DNA of 64,000 bases, from the IMG/VR virus record IMGVR_UViG_3300032116_000009; one strand, 5' to 3'. The notes under the pieces are model-generated. The model searched no databases. It was not told the origin of the DNA and saw only the letters and a list, made by a program, of their open reading frames with translations. The number at the start of each line of letters is the position of its first letter. Positions within the stretch are counted from its first letter, which is position 1. Origin of the DNA: a virus. Its lineage: Duplodnaviria > Caudoviricetes. Below, in pieces: positions 34,371 to 44,427 of this stretch. The position numbers and the translations under genes were made by a program.

Positions 34371-34791
34371 ATCCTCTAATAAATTTCTGCCACTCAATTG
34401 CATTTTTGAGCTGATATGTTCTATTTAATATAGTTTTAAGAATGCTTTCCAGATAGTTGAGCATCATTTGATAATACTCAATCTTTGTCTGACACTTGAG
34501 TAAGTCTTCGTCAGCATCCATGTACTTATCCAAATCTGGTTTAAGTACCTTATGATCAAAGGGTTTTTCTACATAAACTTCTGGTTCAGCTTTACCAGTG
34601 TAGTATTGCCACTTTTCTTTTTTTAAGATCTTGTATTTGTTCTCTTGAGCTTTTTTAAGAGTCAAGATATTATTAAAAATTTTATAATATTTTGCATGAA
34701 GACTTGGAATCTTTACCGATTCTGTGTGGAGGTTGTCTTCATCAATTTTAGAATCTTCTTCCCAAAGTGTTTGTATTTCATCCAGGTTCAT
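34363..34791 (-). CDS. uvsY: Recombination mediator UvsY
   Basis: WEEDSKID...LHAKYY...WQYYTGKA...IKNAIEW-type motifs; located between gp3 and uvsW. Confidence 0.92.
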   Translation of the reverse strand: MNLDEIQTLWEEDSKIDEDNLHTESVKIPSLHAKYYKIFNNILTLKKAQENKYKILKKEKWQYYTGKAEPEVYVEKPFDHKVLKPDLDKYMDADEDLLKCQTKIEYYQMMLNYLESILKTILNRTYQLKNAIEWQKFIRGYD

Positions 34792-35317
34792 AAGGCAAAA
34801 TCTTATAAAGAACATACTTAAAGGTTACTGTCGCCACTGCATATTGCACATCGGCTTGAGTTGCATCAAAGTCAATTTCTGATAAGGAAGTCGGAAACAT
34901 TCCTTGAAATTTTACTAGAGTTGATGGTTGGAAATTACTATTGTAGACAATCAAAGTTCCATCTGATGTATTTGGATCTTGGCCTGGATTAGTGGGATCA
35001 CTATTTTTCCATTCCGTGTATTCATAAACACTTTCTGGATACCCAAGTCCTCTCATCCAATTTTGAACTGTATTATAATTTTCTAGATTTTCATCAATAT
35101 TAAATGTTAATCTAAAATCATCAAAAATAAGTTTATCTCCAGGAATGGGGATATCTTTTAGATAAGTTGGTTGGATGGCAACTCCAAGATTTAATCCTGG
35201 AATATTTGCTGATTTTGAAAAGAAATCAACTTTAGGAGTCCTTACAAGGTTAAATTTAAACCCTAATGGACTAAGAAAATTTCTATTTGCAATTTGTCTA
35301 TCAAAAGCACCAGACAT
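34778..35317 (-). CDS. gp3: Tail completion/tube terminator protein (T4 gp3)
   Basis: NFLSPLGFKF, PGDKL, DENLENY and FPTSLS motifs; follows gp23. Confidence 0.9.
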   Translation of the reverse strand: MSGAFDRQIANRNFLSPLGFKFNLVRTPKVDFFSKSANIPGLNLGVAIQPTYLKDIPIPGDKLIFDDFRLTFNIDENLENYNTVQNWMRGLGYPESVYEYTEWKNSDPTNPGQDPNTSDGTLIVYNSNFQPSTLVKFQGMFPTSLSEIDFDATQADVQYAVATVTFKYVLYKILPYEPG

Positions 35318-35329
35318 TGTTTTTATTTT

Positions 35330-35337
35330 TATTTATT
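35330..35337 (-). promoter_or_regulatory. Late promoter AATAAATA
   Basis: Lies between the gp23 terminator and gp3. Confidence 0.65.
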
Positions 35338-35343
35338 TCCAAT

Positions 35344-35365
35344 AAAAAAGGGTCCTTTCGGACCC
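35344..35365 (-). terminator. Terminator after gp23
   Basis: GGGUCC-GAAA-GGACCC-UUUUUU. Confidence 0.88.
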
Positions 35366-35391
35366 CTGAATCTGAAGAGTTGTGAAATGAA

Positions 35392-36786
35392 TCACATGAG
35401 GTTGGAAACCTTGACTCTTCTGTAGTAACGGTTTGCATTGAGGCGGAGTCTTCCGAGTCCCTGATCGGTTCCTTCTGCAAATGGGTTGGCAACAATACCA
35501 TAACGGGTCTTGAAGCCAATTTTTGGTTGGAAGGTGTCCTGACCGACGGCACGAACCATCTGGAGAGGAACATATGGGCAGTAGAAGATACCAGCATCAT
35601 ATGCGCTAGAACCCTTATAACCTACAACGTAGTACTGATCAGCAGCAACGTTAGCAGCATATGGGTCAATGTATACACGATACTTACCTTGGAGAACACC
35701 AGCGAAGGTGTTACCAGTGTCATCAACGTTAAGGTTAGCGTTGAGTGCAGGGGTGTAATCAAGTACACCGGCCATGGTTAGTGCGGAAGCAACGTCTGCA
35801 GAACAGATGATGGTGTTGCCCTTTCCTCTACGAGTTCTTTGTGCGATTGCGTTAGCATCACGCTCGATTTGGAAGAGTAGACCCTTGAACTTCTCAACGG
35901 ACCAACGACCATTAGAGTCAACGTCAAGGTCGAATACACCAGCAGTAGCGGTGTTAACAGCAGCACCTTGCTCAGCAACCTTATAGATGGTTCTGATAAC
36001 TTCTCTGTTGATTTCTGCGAGGATCTCAGTGGAGAGAATGTTAGCAAGTTCTGCTTCTGCATTTAGACCATGAATTGCCTTGAGGTCTTGAGCGAGTTCT
36101 AGTGAATACTCAGCCTTGAGGGCGCGTGACTTAGCAGTTACGGTTACCTTCTCGATGCTGAATGCCATCTGGTTGAAGGCATTAGCAGCAGCATCTCCAA
36201 GAGCTTCTGATTCACCAGTCGCCATACCCTGACCAACGTTGTATGGAGATGGGTTGGTTGTTGCGGTTCCAACTGGATTGAGAACGTTAGGATTGGTTCC
36301 ATCCTGGTTGGTTGTACCGAAACCAACTAGACCATCGGAGAATCCGCTGGAAAGGTTGCGGCTGTTGTTCTGACCAGAGAAGGTGGTATCTACTTCATCG
36401 AAGAAGGTCTCAGTACCAGACTGGTTATCGTAGCGGGAACGCATTGCGAAGATGAGTCCAGTAGGACCACTCATTGGTTGAACGCCACAGATGTCATAAG
36501 CGATGAGGTTAGGCATCGAACGACGAATGAGGCTGATTAGAACTGGATCGAAACCAGCAACTGGACCACCAGCAGTAGCACCACCACTAAATCCACCGGT
36601 ACCGGCAGAGTTAACTGGGGAAGCTTCGCCGAGGAACTCAGCAGACTCACGGAGTTCTCTCTCTTGGTTCTCGAGCATTTGTGCAGTTACTGCACGTCTG
36701 TGGGAATCTTTGATTTCTCCTAGACCGTCGAAGTCTAGAACTGGAGCCCACTTCTCCATTAACATTTGTGAATTAATTCCGTCCAT
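35392..36786 (-). CDS. gp23: Major capsid protein (T4 gp23)
   Basis: DPVLISLIRR, GVQPMSGPTGLIFAMR, KSRALKAEY and FYCPYVPL motifs; probable maturation site FLGE-A at residues 51-55. Confidence 0.98.
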   Translation of the reverse strand: MDGINSQMLMEKWAPVLDFDGLGEIKDSHRRAVTAQMLENQERELRESAEFLGEASPVNSAGTGGFSGGATAGGPVAGFDPVLISLIRRSMPNLIAYDICGVQPMSGPTGLIFAMRSRYDNQSGTETFFDEVDTTFSGQNNSRNLSSGFSDGLVGFGTTNQDGTNPNVLNPVGTATTNPSPYNVGQGMATGESEALGDAAANAFNQMAFSIEKVTVTAKSRALKAEYSLELAQDLKAIHGLNAEAELANILSTEILAEINREVIRTIYKVAEQGAAVNTATAGVFDLDVDSNGRWSVEKFKGLLFQIERDANAIAQRTRRGKGNTIICSADVASALTMAGVLDYTPALNANLNVDDTGNTFAGVLQGKYRVYIDPYAANVAADQYYVVGYKGSSAYDAGIFYCPYVPLQMVRAVGQDTFQPKIGFKTRYGIVANPFAEGTDQGLGRLRLNANRYYRRVKVSNLM

Positions 36787-36846
36787 TTGTTTTTAATACC
36801 TCTGTTAAAAGTGTTGTTGAACTGCGGTTTGAGTATTATCTAAAAA

Positions 36847-38022
36847 TCACTTTTTAGCAACGTTGGAAAGCGCACGCAAATAAGCGTCCATAGAAGGTGA
36901 ATGAGTCACCTCTTGGAAATTCGCTTCTTCTGATAGATTTTCCGTCTCGTTTGCTGGAATACCAGCATTTCTTGGGAAATAAGACTCCCTAAGAGTTACC
37001 AGTTTCTGGTAATAGTCATCTTCACTCTCAAACTCAACACTTTCTACGAGGCTTGCAAGCTTATCCTTTTGGGAAAGAGCGAGACCCTCGGAAACCTGAT
37101 TGAAAATGCTGTCAGCAGCAGATTCTGCAAGTTTCTTGTTAAGAGCAATATTTCTTTGAATTTGCTCGTTGAGTTTTGTCTCCATTTCATCAAGTTTTTC
37201 TACCATGCTCTCTAGAACATCATATTTCTCTTCAGGCATTGATACATAATGTGCTTCAAAAAGTCCCTTCATACCATTGATGAAGGACTCGGTGATCTCA
37301 GTTTTGAGACCACTTTCAACTGCGAGAGCATTTTCTTCTAACCATTCGGATGCAACATACTCTAGGTATGAATCAACACGCTCGGTTAGTTCTAGTTTAA
37401 TTTCTTCAACCTCTTCTGCAAGAGCAGTAGCATAGTGCTCTTCCATTACTGATTGAATTTCTTTTGTTTTGGCGTGAAGGGCAGCTTCAAATACAAGCTT
37501 TGCCTTTTCTTTAAACTCTTCGGAGAGTTCTTCTTCGCCAGATAGGAGAGCATTTACATCCTCTTCAATGATAGAATCTACATCTTCTTCTACCACTTCT
37601 TCAGCACCCTCTTCAGATTCTTCTGTTGCTTCTGTTTCTTCTTCAGTCGCTTCAGTTTCTTCTTCTTCAACTAGATCCTCATCTTCTTCTACTTCTTCCT
37701 TCATTCCACCACCTTGACCTGGTGTTGAAACAGGAGTTGCAGAAGTTTGAGGAGCTTCAGCTGCAGCAGCTTTAGCATTGACAACATCTTTAACTTGCTT
37801 CAGGGTTGCACCTGGAGTTTTTAAAGTATTTGAGTTGTCATCTGGACGACTGTTTTCTGGGGTTGGACCGCCAAGATCTTCCCAAGCACCAGTTTGTCCA
37901 GGAGTTGCAACAGGGGTTGCACTCTTGTGTGGTGCTTCTGCTGCAGCTGCATTAGCGTTTACAGCAGTTTTGGATTGTGAAGTGCCGGTTTCCATTTCTT
38001 GTAAATTCTTACCACGGGACAT
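36847..38022 (-). CDS. gp22: Prohead core scaffold protein (T4 gp22)
   Basis: Acidic coiled coil; LSEEFKEKA..FEAA and YLEYVASEW motifs; between gp21 and gp23. Confidence 0.93.
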   Translation of the reverse strand: MSRGKNLQEMETGTSQSKTAVNANAAAAEAPHKSATPVATPGQTGAWEDLGGPTPENSRPDDNSNTLKTPGATLKQVKDVVNAKAAAAEAPQTSATPVSTPGQGGGMKEEVEEDEDLVEEEETEATEEETEATEESEEGAEEVVEEDVDSIIEEDVNALLSGEEELSEEFKEKAKLVFEAALHAKTKEIQSVMEEHYATALAEEVEEIKLELTERVDSYLEYVASEWLEENALAVESGLKTEITESFINGMKGLFEAHYVSMPEEKYDVLESMVEKLDEMETKLNEQIQRNIALNKKLAESAADSIFNQVSEGLALSQKDKLASLVESVEFESEDDYYQKLVTLRESYFPRNAGIPANETENLSEEANFQEVTHSPSMDAYLRALSNVAKK

Positions 38023-38053
38023 TTGTACTCTCCGATTACCTTTGTATAATCTG

Positions 38054-38065
38054 TATTTATTTATA
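38054..38065 (-). promoter_or_regulatory. Overlapping late promoters TATAAATAAATA
   Basis: Upstream of gp22-gp23. Confidence 0.75.
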
Positions 38066-38067
38066 AT

Positions 38068-38718
38068 TTATAGATTTGATAAAAACTCATTAAACAGATT
38101 TAACTTCTGTTCATCAAGTCTTCTTTGATCAACAAGAGTATTAATTCTCTTTTGAGTTTTTGAAACGAGTTGTTCACGAAGGATTCCACCTTCCCAAACC
38201 CACTCTTTTCCTTCCATGATTCCAGAAACAAAAGCATCTGGAGCAGAAGGATCAGCGACGATATCAGCTGCAGTAGCAAGCATAAAATCTTCACCAACTA
38301 CTTTGTGACCTTCACTAGTTGTTTGGAGTGAACCAACACCACGAGAAGAAACGCCAAGCATTACACCTTCATCAAGAAGTGAGGATGCAATTTTTCCCAT
38401 TGGAGTATTCAAAATTTGTGCTTTACCGATAAAATTATTTCCCTCTTGAGTGAGAGAAGTGATTTTATGTGAAACACGATCAAGGTTTACAGTAGGACCA
38501 TCGGGGTGTCCGAGTTCTCCTAAAGCGCGACCTTTAGATACAAACTGTTCATTATAACGATCAACCTCACGAGAGAGAACAGTGATGGGATACATTCTCC
38601 CATTACGGTTTTTAATTTCTCCTTGGAGAAATACTCCTTCAATATAAAGTTTTTTATTATCACCTTTTCCTTCAGTGATAATTTTTACATTCGTTACTTC
38701 TTCGGTAATTAGTTTCAT
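38068..38718 (-). CDS. gp21: Prohead protease (T4 gp21)
   Basis: NRNGRMYP, LGELGHP, GVSSRG and DPSAPDA motifs. Confidence 0.97.
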   Translation of the reverse strand: MKLITEEVTNVKIITEGKGDNKKLYIEGVFLQGEIKNRNGRMYPITVLSREVDRYNEQFVSKGRALGELGHPDGPTVNLDRVSHKITSLTQEGNNFIGKAQILNTPMGKIASSLLDEGVMLGVSSRGVGSLQTTSEGHKVVGEDFMLATAADIVADPSAPDAFVSGIMEGKEWVWEGGILREQLVSKTQKRINTLVDQRRLDEQKLNLFNEFLSNL

Positions 38719-38723
38719 GGTTC

Positions 38724-38993
38724 TTAGTTGGTAAGTCCTACTTTGGCAGCTTTCACAGACGCAGAAGATGCAAAAATTACATCCGTTGCAGCTTTTTGAA
38801 GAAATTCAACATCACCTGTAGCCATTGTGAATGAATTGGTTGTTGCAGCTCCAACAGCAGTTGAAATACTTACCGTAGCTGCAGCACCAGAACCATTGTA
38901 TAATCTTACGCAAGTTGCTTCACTAATACTGGAAGCAGCGCCTGCAGTTGTTGGCATTGCAACTTCTGTTGCAATTATTTTTGTTCTTTGCAT
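38724..38993 (-). CDS. Conserved small protein in the head module
   Basis: 89-aa Ala/Thr-rich ORF with its own late promoter (39019-39026), upstream of gp21. Confidence 0.75.
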   Translation of the reverse strand: MQRTKIIATEVAMPTTAGAASSISEATCVRLYNGSGAAATVSISTAVGAATTNSFTMATGDVEFLQKAATDVIFASSASVKAAKVGLTN

Positions 38994-39018
38994 CGTTATA
39001 ATAAAGTCCTATAATAGT

Positions 39019-39026
39019 TATTTATT
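39019..39026 (-). promoter_or_regulatory. Late promoter AATAAATA
   Basis: tatttatt on the plus strand. Confidence 0.65.
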
Positions 39027-39219
39027 ATTCTGCATCTTCCTCTGCAACTTCATCATCACTTTCTTCCACATTTTCTTCATTTCCGAAAACTGATGCAGCA
39101 ACCGCAGGTCTAATAATATCAATATTTTCTGCTGATTTTTGCATTAAAATCTCTTTAATTCTGTCGCTGATATCTGATGGGGATTGGTCAGCAACAATCA
39201 TGTCAATTAAATCATCCAT
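39025..39219 (-). CDS. Small acidic prohead core protein (gp67-like by position)
   Basis: 64 aa with an acidic C-terminus, directly after the portal gene. Confidence 0.65.
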   Translation of the reverse strand: MDDLIDMIVADQSPSDISDRIKEILMQKSAENIDIIRPAVAASVFGNEENVEESDDEVAEEDAE

Positions 39220-39246
39220 TTGTTTTAATTCAATGTTTATTTAAGG

Positions 39247-39254
39247 TATTTATT
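39247..39254 (-). promoter_or_regulatory. Late promoter AATAAATA
   Basis: Overlaps the gp20 stop codon. Confidence 0.6.
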
Positions 39255-40956
39255 AGATCCTACCACCCTTAGGCATAGTGGCTTTAGGAGCTTCTTCTGT
39301 TGGTTGCATCTCAACAGAAGCAGTTGAAGCTTCTGGTGAAACTGGAACTTCGCCCATAGATCCTTGATCAATAGGTGGTTGTTCCCCAACAGGAAGTCCA
39401 GTTGTAGGATCTACATCGGGTGGAATAATTCCTTTTTCTTTCTCTTTTACTATTTGTTCATCAATTTCTACAATTTCAGAATCAGTTTGTTTGAGAATAA
39501 CTCTTCTGACATAATCTACAGAAAAATATTTCCCAACGTATGGTTCAGCAACTGCAAGAACATTGAGTCTGTTTTGAATCAATTCTGCTTCTTTTAGTTC
39601 TGCAAAGTGATTGTCATAAACATAATCGAATTGAATGTGATCGGAAAGAATTTTCCAGTCTTCTGGAGTTACAATATTTTTGAGGATAAGTTGAGTCTTT
39701 AACATATCCATGAATAGTTGAGAAAATCTCTTTCTCATTCTTCCGACGAACTTAGTAAATTTAATTTCGTCTCTTAAAATCTCTGAAGATCTGCCTAGGT
39801 TGAATCCACCTGTTCCACCCAAACGAGACTCTGGAACACCAAGAGCTCTATAAAGTTTCTTCTGGAAATATTCAATATCAGCAAGTTCTCCAAGGTTTTG
39901 CCCACCTGGAAGAGTAGAGATTTCAGTTCCTCTACCACCTTCACGGCGAGGGAGCCAGAAATCTTCTAGCATTGCCATCATTCTTTTATCATCACGAATT
40001 TCTCCAGTATTGGCGTCATAAACTAACTTATTGCGATAGCGAGTCATGACATCACGGAGATATTGTTCCGCTTTAATTTTTGGTAGATTGCCAACATCAA
40101 TATAAAAGATACGACGTTCTGGAGCACGAGACAATCTGTATATAACAAGAGAGTCTTCAATCATTCTTAATTGATTGAGAGCTTTGATTGCTTTGTGTAG
40201 GTATGAAAGAACAACTTGTTTATTCCTATCTACAAGACCGGAATGTACATATGTGATTGAATCTTTAGAAATTCTTGCAGCGCCACCTACACCACTCTTA
40301 AAAGTACTTGTTCTTTGACCACCCCTAGTATTTGGATCATATTCATAAAATTCTTCCACTTCGGGAGTGCTCATACTAACGTTCCCTGATTTACCATCAG
40401 TAACCATAAAAGATGGATTCAAAACATGTTTTCCATCTCTTTTAATTTTTCTTACAAGTTTAATTTTTGTAGGATCAATATATCTTACTTCTTTAATTCC
40501 TTCTTGTGGTTTTTCTAAATCTATAACTTTATGATAATAAATTCTACCGTCTACGTACCAATTTCTTAGAATCTCATGACATCTTTTATCAAAATCTAAA
40601 ATTTCTTTAATATAGATAAACTCATCTCTAATAATTTTTTTGAGTTTATCTGAAGCGGGTACATTCGATAAGTCTATTTGTACTGGAGAATCATTTTGAT
40701 CAGATACTATTGCTTCATTTATAACGTCTTCTATAGCTCCATCCACCTCTGGATGTAAAGCCATTTCACGATATCTTTTAATTAAATCATATTCTGATTT
40801 ATAAACTCCTTCAATGTCAACATATTGTCCATAAAATCCACTAGACACATAAAAGTCCGAAGAATCTTCTTGATTCTCCGGAACAGGAGAGACGATAGAC
40901 TTTTTAGATCTATCGTCCTCCGAATCTTGGATTTTAAAACCAAATAATTTAGGCAT
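39253..40956 (-). CDS. gp20: Portal protein (T4 gp20)
   Basis: WYVDGR, RAPERRIFYIDVGN and EDFWLPRREGGRGTEI motifs. Confidence 0.98.
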   Translation of the reverse strand: MPKLFGFKIQDSEDDRSKKSIVSPVPENQEDSSDFYVSSGFYGQYVDIEGVYKSEYDLIKRYREMALHPEVDGAIEDVINEAIVSDQNDSPVQIDLSNVPASDKLKKIIRDEFIYIKEILDFDKRCHEILRNWYVDGRIYYHKVIDLEKPQEGIKEVRYIDPTKIKLVRKIKRDGKHVLNPSFMVTDGKSGNVSMSTPEVEEFYEYDPNTRGGQRTSTFKSGVGGAARISKDSITYVHSGLVDRNKQVVLSYLHKAIKALNQLRMIEDSLVIYRLSRAPERRIFYIDVGNLPKIKAEQYLRDVMTRYRNKLVYDANTGEIRDDKRMMAMLEDFWLPRREGGRGTEISTLPGGQNLGELADIEYFQKKLYRALGVPESRLGGTGGFNLGRSSEILRDEIKFTKFVGRMRKRFSQLFMDMLKTQLILKNIVTPEDWKILSDHIQFDYVYDNHFAELKEAELIQNRLNVLAVAEPYVGKYFSVDYVRRVILKQTDSEIVEIDEQIVKEKEKGIIPPDVDPTTGLPVGEQPPIDQGSMGEVPVSPEASTASVEMQPTEEAPKATMPKGGRI

Positions 40957-40981
40957 TATTCAAGGGTGAACTAGTTTCTAC

Positions 40982-40989
40982 TATTTATT
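40982..40989 (-). promoter_or_regulatory. Late promoter AATAAATA
   Basis: Upstream of gp20. Confidence 0.65.
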
Positions 40990-41659
40990 AGAGTTCCGCA
41001 GTTGGGGTCTCAGTAGTAGATAATTGTGAAGCTCCACCATTATCGAGAGCATCCCACCACTGAACTTGTAAATCTACAGTAAATTCTTCGATTGTATCAG
41101 CAGAATCATAGGAAAGGTCAATCGCACTTACTGAAGTTGGGAATATTCCGTAGAACTTATAAGCCTTTAGAACAGGTAATGTCGTTCCAATTGTAATTGC
41201 AGGATCAGCAACGTTTCCAGTAGCATTTTGGATAGAAGCTCTTCCAAACTGCTTTACTATAGCATCTCTTTGATACTGTGCTGGATTAATTAAACCAGAG
41301 TTATCATCATGTTTGTTGATTGCATTCATCCACTTTTCAAATGTTGTTCTTAATTTAAAATCAACATCGTTAATTATTGTAATAGTCCACACATCAAAGG
41401 TTCTATCTCCAGCTATCTTTAAATTTCTTCCTCTAAAAGGAACTTCAATTACTCCAACATTTGAAGCTGGCAAGTTAGCTGCCTTGATCATAAATCTAGA
41501 TAACTCTGAGATAGTAGTGTCATTACCAGTAGCGAATGTGGGAAAACCAAGTTCTACTTCAAATAGATTTGGTCTAGCACCACCACCAATTAGTTTTGAT
41601 TTAAAATCTTCTAGAGTTCTTTGTTGAAAGGTTGATGTATTTGAAAATTGTGCAGCCAT
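40988..41659 (-). CDS. gp19: Tail tube protein (T4 gp19)
   Basis: GGARPNLFEV, FRGRNLKIAGDRTF and IEEFTV motifs. Confidence 0.96.
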   Translation of the reverse strand: MAAQFSNTSTFQQRTLEDFKSKLIGGGARPNLFEVELGFPTFATGNDTTISELSRFMIKAANLPASNVGVIEVPFRGRNLKIAGDRTFDVWTITIINDVDFKLRTTFEKWMNAINKHDDNSGLINPAQYQRDAIVKQFGRASIQNATGNVADPAITIGTTLPVLKAYKFYGIFPTSVSAIDLSYDSADTIEEFTVDLQVQWWDALDNGGASQLSTTETPTAEL

Positions 41660-41700
41660 TGTTTTTACCTCGGTAGGGATTGATGTTTTATCTTAAAGAA

Positions 41701-44109
41701 TTAAACGGTTCCGACAATCTCTTCGAAGCTAACTCCAGTTCTGTTAGCAACAAAAGTTAGACCAACAAAGTTAATTGATCGTGCTGGTTTTACAAAAATA
41801 TCAGCCCTAAATTGATTTGAATCAATAATATCTGGAGTATTATTGGATTCATCACAAATAACTAAGAAGTCTGTTATACCTCTCTTTGCCCTTACATCAC
41901 GGAGATATGGTTCAACAATATTCAAGAAGTTTGATCTTGTTACAGCATCATTGAATTCGAATAGTTGGGCTCTTGCAGCTCTTTCAATGGTCTCTTCGAT
42001 GGTTAGGAATAGACGACGAACATTTATTCTATCAAAAGCTGATGAATAAGAAAGTCCTGTTTTATCACCAAAAAGAATAATTCCGGATCCAGGAGAGAAA
42101 ATAACTGGATTAATTCTCTTAGGATAAAGAAGATCCCTTTGACCTTGACTTGGATTGTATGCAAGTTTAACCGCATTGTTGATAGTTCCTCTTGCAGCTC
42201 CTGCTGGGGAGAACCATGGATAATTATTAATAGATGTTCTTGCCATGAGTCCAGCAATATCTCCATTCAATGGGATATATCTAAACTGATTATTAAATCT
42301 ATCGAACATGTATTTGAATCCAGAATCAAATACTGCATAAGAACTTGAAGATACTGAATCGTAGAAATTAATTATGTTCGATGTTTGGGTATCACTATTG
42401 GTTACATTTACAACACCACTTCTGTGTGGGGATATGGTTACTACACAATCTTTTCTTGATTCTGCAATGGAAATAAGTTTATTTGCTTTTGCTTGAGAAT
42501 CAAAGATTGTTTCTCCACCACTTGGACCACCGAGAATAAAGTTTATATTATATTCTGCTGGGTTTGATAGTATATCATAAGAACTTAGGATATTTGCCAG
42601 ACTCACAGAATATCCATTACCAGCTCCATAGTTGTGGCCATTTTGTAATGAATAAGTTTTTGCACCAGAAAGTCCAAAAGTAGTTGAATTTGCTTCCTGA
42701 CCCCAAGCGATTGACCCTCCACTGGATAATACATAACCATCCAGGGATGTGAATGAAGGAGAAAGTAAAGCATCTACTTCGCCAGCGTAAATATATTCTG
42801 AATTATTTTGAATATATGTCTTATAGTAAATATTTTCACTTGGAGTAATTTTGGCGTCTGTAGCTTTTGACAGATTGGTAAATTTCTCTAGAATGTTACC
42901 AGATATTCCAGAAACGGATCCACTATCATCGACTACAACTACGTGTACCTCATCATTTTTTCCATTTCTTGAGTCGGTATACTGAGATGTTCCTGGTCTA
43001 GGAGCAATGTTTTTCCAAAATACAGTAGAATTAGTTAATCCTAAAGTCTGTTGATCATACCAATCGACTACTGAATTAAGATCACTATTAGGAAGTAACC
43101 CCTCACCTCTACTTAAAGTTCCATCTATAGAATTTCTGACATAGGTTACAACTAAAGTTGTAGCTGCAAGCGCAACAGGAGAAACTGTATCTACGATGAT
43201 TTGACCAGTTGCTAGTCCAACCACTCTTGCTTTAAATGTACTATTCAGTGATTGAATTAAATCACCAACTTCAACATTATTTGATATTGAAGCGGTAGTT
43301 GCTACTACAGTAGATCCGATTCCGATTGTAGCTGCATTAGAAATTCTAAACTTCTCTAGGGAAGTAGCAGTTCCTACATTATTAAAGACTTGATAGTAAA
43401 TACTTCCCTCACCTTCTGGTTGTTGAAATATTTTATTGAGTCCATTTGTTTGATATGAAACGGAAGTACTTAATCCGGTAGTTGAATCATGTCTACTTAC
43501 AATTTTTACATCCACACTACCAACATTAACTTTTGTAATAATTCCCTTGATGTATCCATTGAAAGTTTCTACAGTTCCTGAAGAAGTTACATATGAAGTG
43601 CTGACTCCGCAAGTCATAGCATAACCTACAGCTAAACCAAAAGTACCAATAGAAACTCTTTGGTCTGCAGCACTATCAATTACACAAACTTTCAATCCAT
43701 TAGCCCAAGATCCTGCTTCTTTAGAAGCAAAAAACCATCCGGTTGAACTTGTATAATTATTTTGATAATCTTCTTGTGATTTTATTTTTAGAGTTACGGC
43801 ACTTCCACCAACACCTGCATGTGCGTTGATTAATTCATCATCATCTGATCTAATAACTCTTAATGTTCCTCCATAAGAGAGATATGAGGATGCAGTTAAC
43901 CAATATTCATACTGACCATCAGTATTAGATGGTTTGCCGAATGTGTTTAAAAGATCCTGTTCGGTCTCTACTAGAACTGGTTGTCCAATAGGTCCTCTAA
44001 GAAATGGGCCGGCGATTGCTGCAACTTGATCATTTACTGCATCGATTCTGCCTACAGTAAGATCAACTTCTCTGACCTTTACGCCTGGTGATACTAAGTT
44101 TAGCGACAT
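41701..44109 (-). CDS. gp18: Tail sheath protein (T4 gp18)
   Basis: LVSPGVKVRE, WFSPAG, AFDRINVRRLF and KPARSINF motifs. Confidence 0.97.
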   Translation of the reverse strand: MSLNLVSPGVKVREVDLTVGRIDAVNDQVAAIAGPFLRGPIGQPVLVETEQDLLNTFGKPSNTDGQYEYWLTASSYLSYGGTLRVIRSDDDELINAHAGVGGSAVTLKIKSQEDYQNNYTSSTGWFFASKEAGSWANGLKVCVIDSAADQRVSIGTFGLAVGYAMTCGVSTSYVTSSGTVETFNGYIKGIITKVNVGSVDVKIVSRHDSTTGLSTSVSYQTNGLNKIFQQPEGEGSIYYQVFNNVGTATSLEKFRISNAATIGIGSTVVATTASISNNVEVGDLIQSLNSTFKARVVGLATGQIIVDTVSPVALAATTLVVTYVRNSIDGTLSRGEGLLPNSDLNSVVDWYDQQTLGLTNSTVFWKNIAPRPGTSQYTDSRNGKNDEVHVVVVDDSGSVSGISGNILEKFTNLSKATDAKITPSENIYYKTYIQNNSEYIYAGEVDALLSPSFTSLDGYVLSSGGSIAWGQEANSTTFGLSGAKTYSLQNGHNYGAGNGYSVSLANILSSYDILSNPAEYNINFILGGPSGGETIFDSQAKANKLISIAESRKDCVVTISPHRSGVVNVTNSDTQTSNIINFYDSVSSSSYAVFDSGFKYMFDRFNNQFRYIPLNGDIAGLMARTSINNYPWFSPAGAARGTINNAVKLAYNPSQGQRDLLYPKRINPVIFSPGSGIILFGDKTGLSYSSAFDRINVRRLFLTIEETIERAARAQLFEFNDAVTRSNFLNIVEPYLRDVRAKRGITDFLVICDESNNTPDIIDSNQFRADIFVKPARSINFVGLTFVANRTGVSFEEIVGTV

Positions 44110-44146
44110 GTCTTTCCCTCTAAAGAAGTTTCAACTTGACTACAAA

Positions 44147-44154
44147 TATTTATT
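44147..44154 (-). promoter_or_regulatory. Late promoter AATAAATA
   Basis: Upstream of gp18, which has a GAGG RBS. Confidence 0.7.
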
Positions 44155-44196
44155 ATTTGCTAACTTTATATTGGGGAAACAGTACATGAACAAAAA

Positions 44197-44427
44197 TTAC
44201 CAGTCAGGATATTCCCATTTATCAAAAACTCTATTAGTCATTCTACTGGAGACTATTCTTTGAATAGTGCAATTTTTACACTCATATGAATATGCTGATG
44301 CTATGCCACCTCTACCTTTTCTCGTAAGATAAAAACCATCAATAAGATCTTTTACTTTTCCACACTTTCTACATTTTCTCTCAGTAAGAAATAAATGTTC
44401 TAATTCAAATTGATCATCAAAATCCAT
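44197..44427 (-). CDS. Small CxxC...CxxC zinc-finger protein
   Basis: RKCRKC...YECKNC; located between gp17 and gp18. Confidence 0.75.
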   Translation of the reverse strand: MDFDDQFELEHLFLTERKCRKCGKVKDLIDGFYLTRKGRGGIASAYSYECKNCTIQRIVSSRMTNRVFDKWEYPDW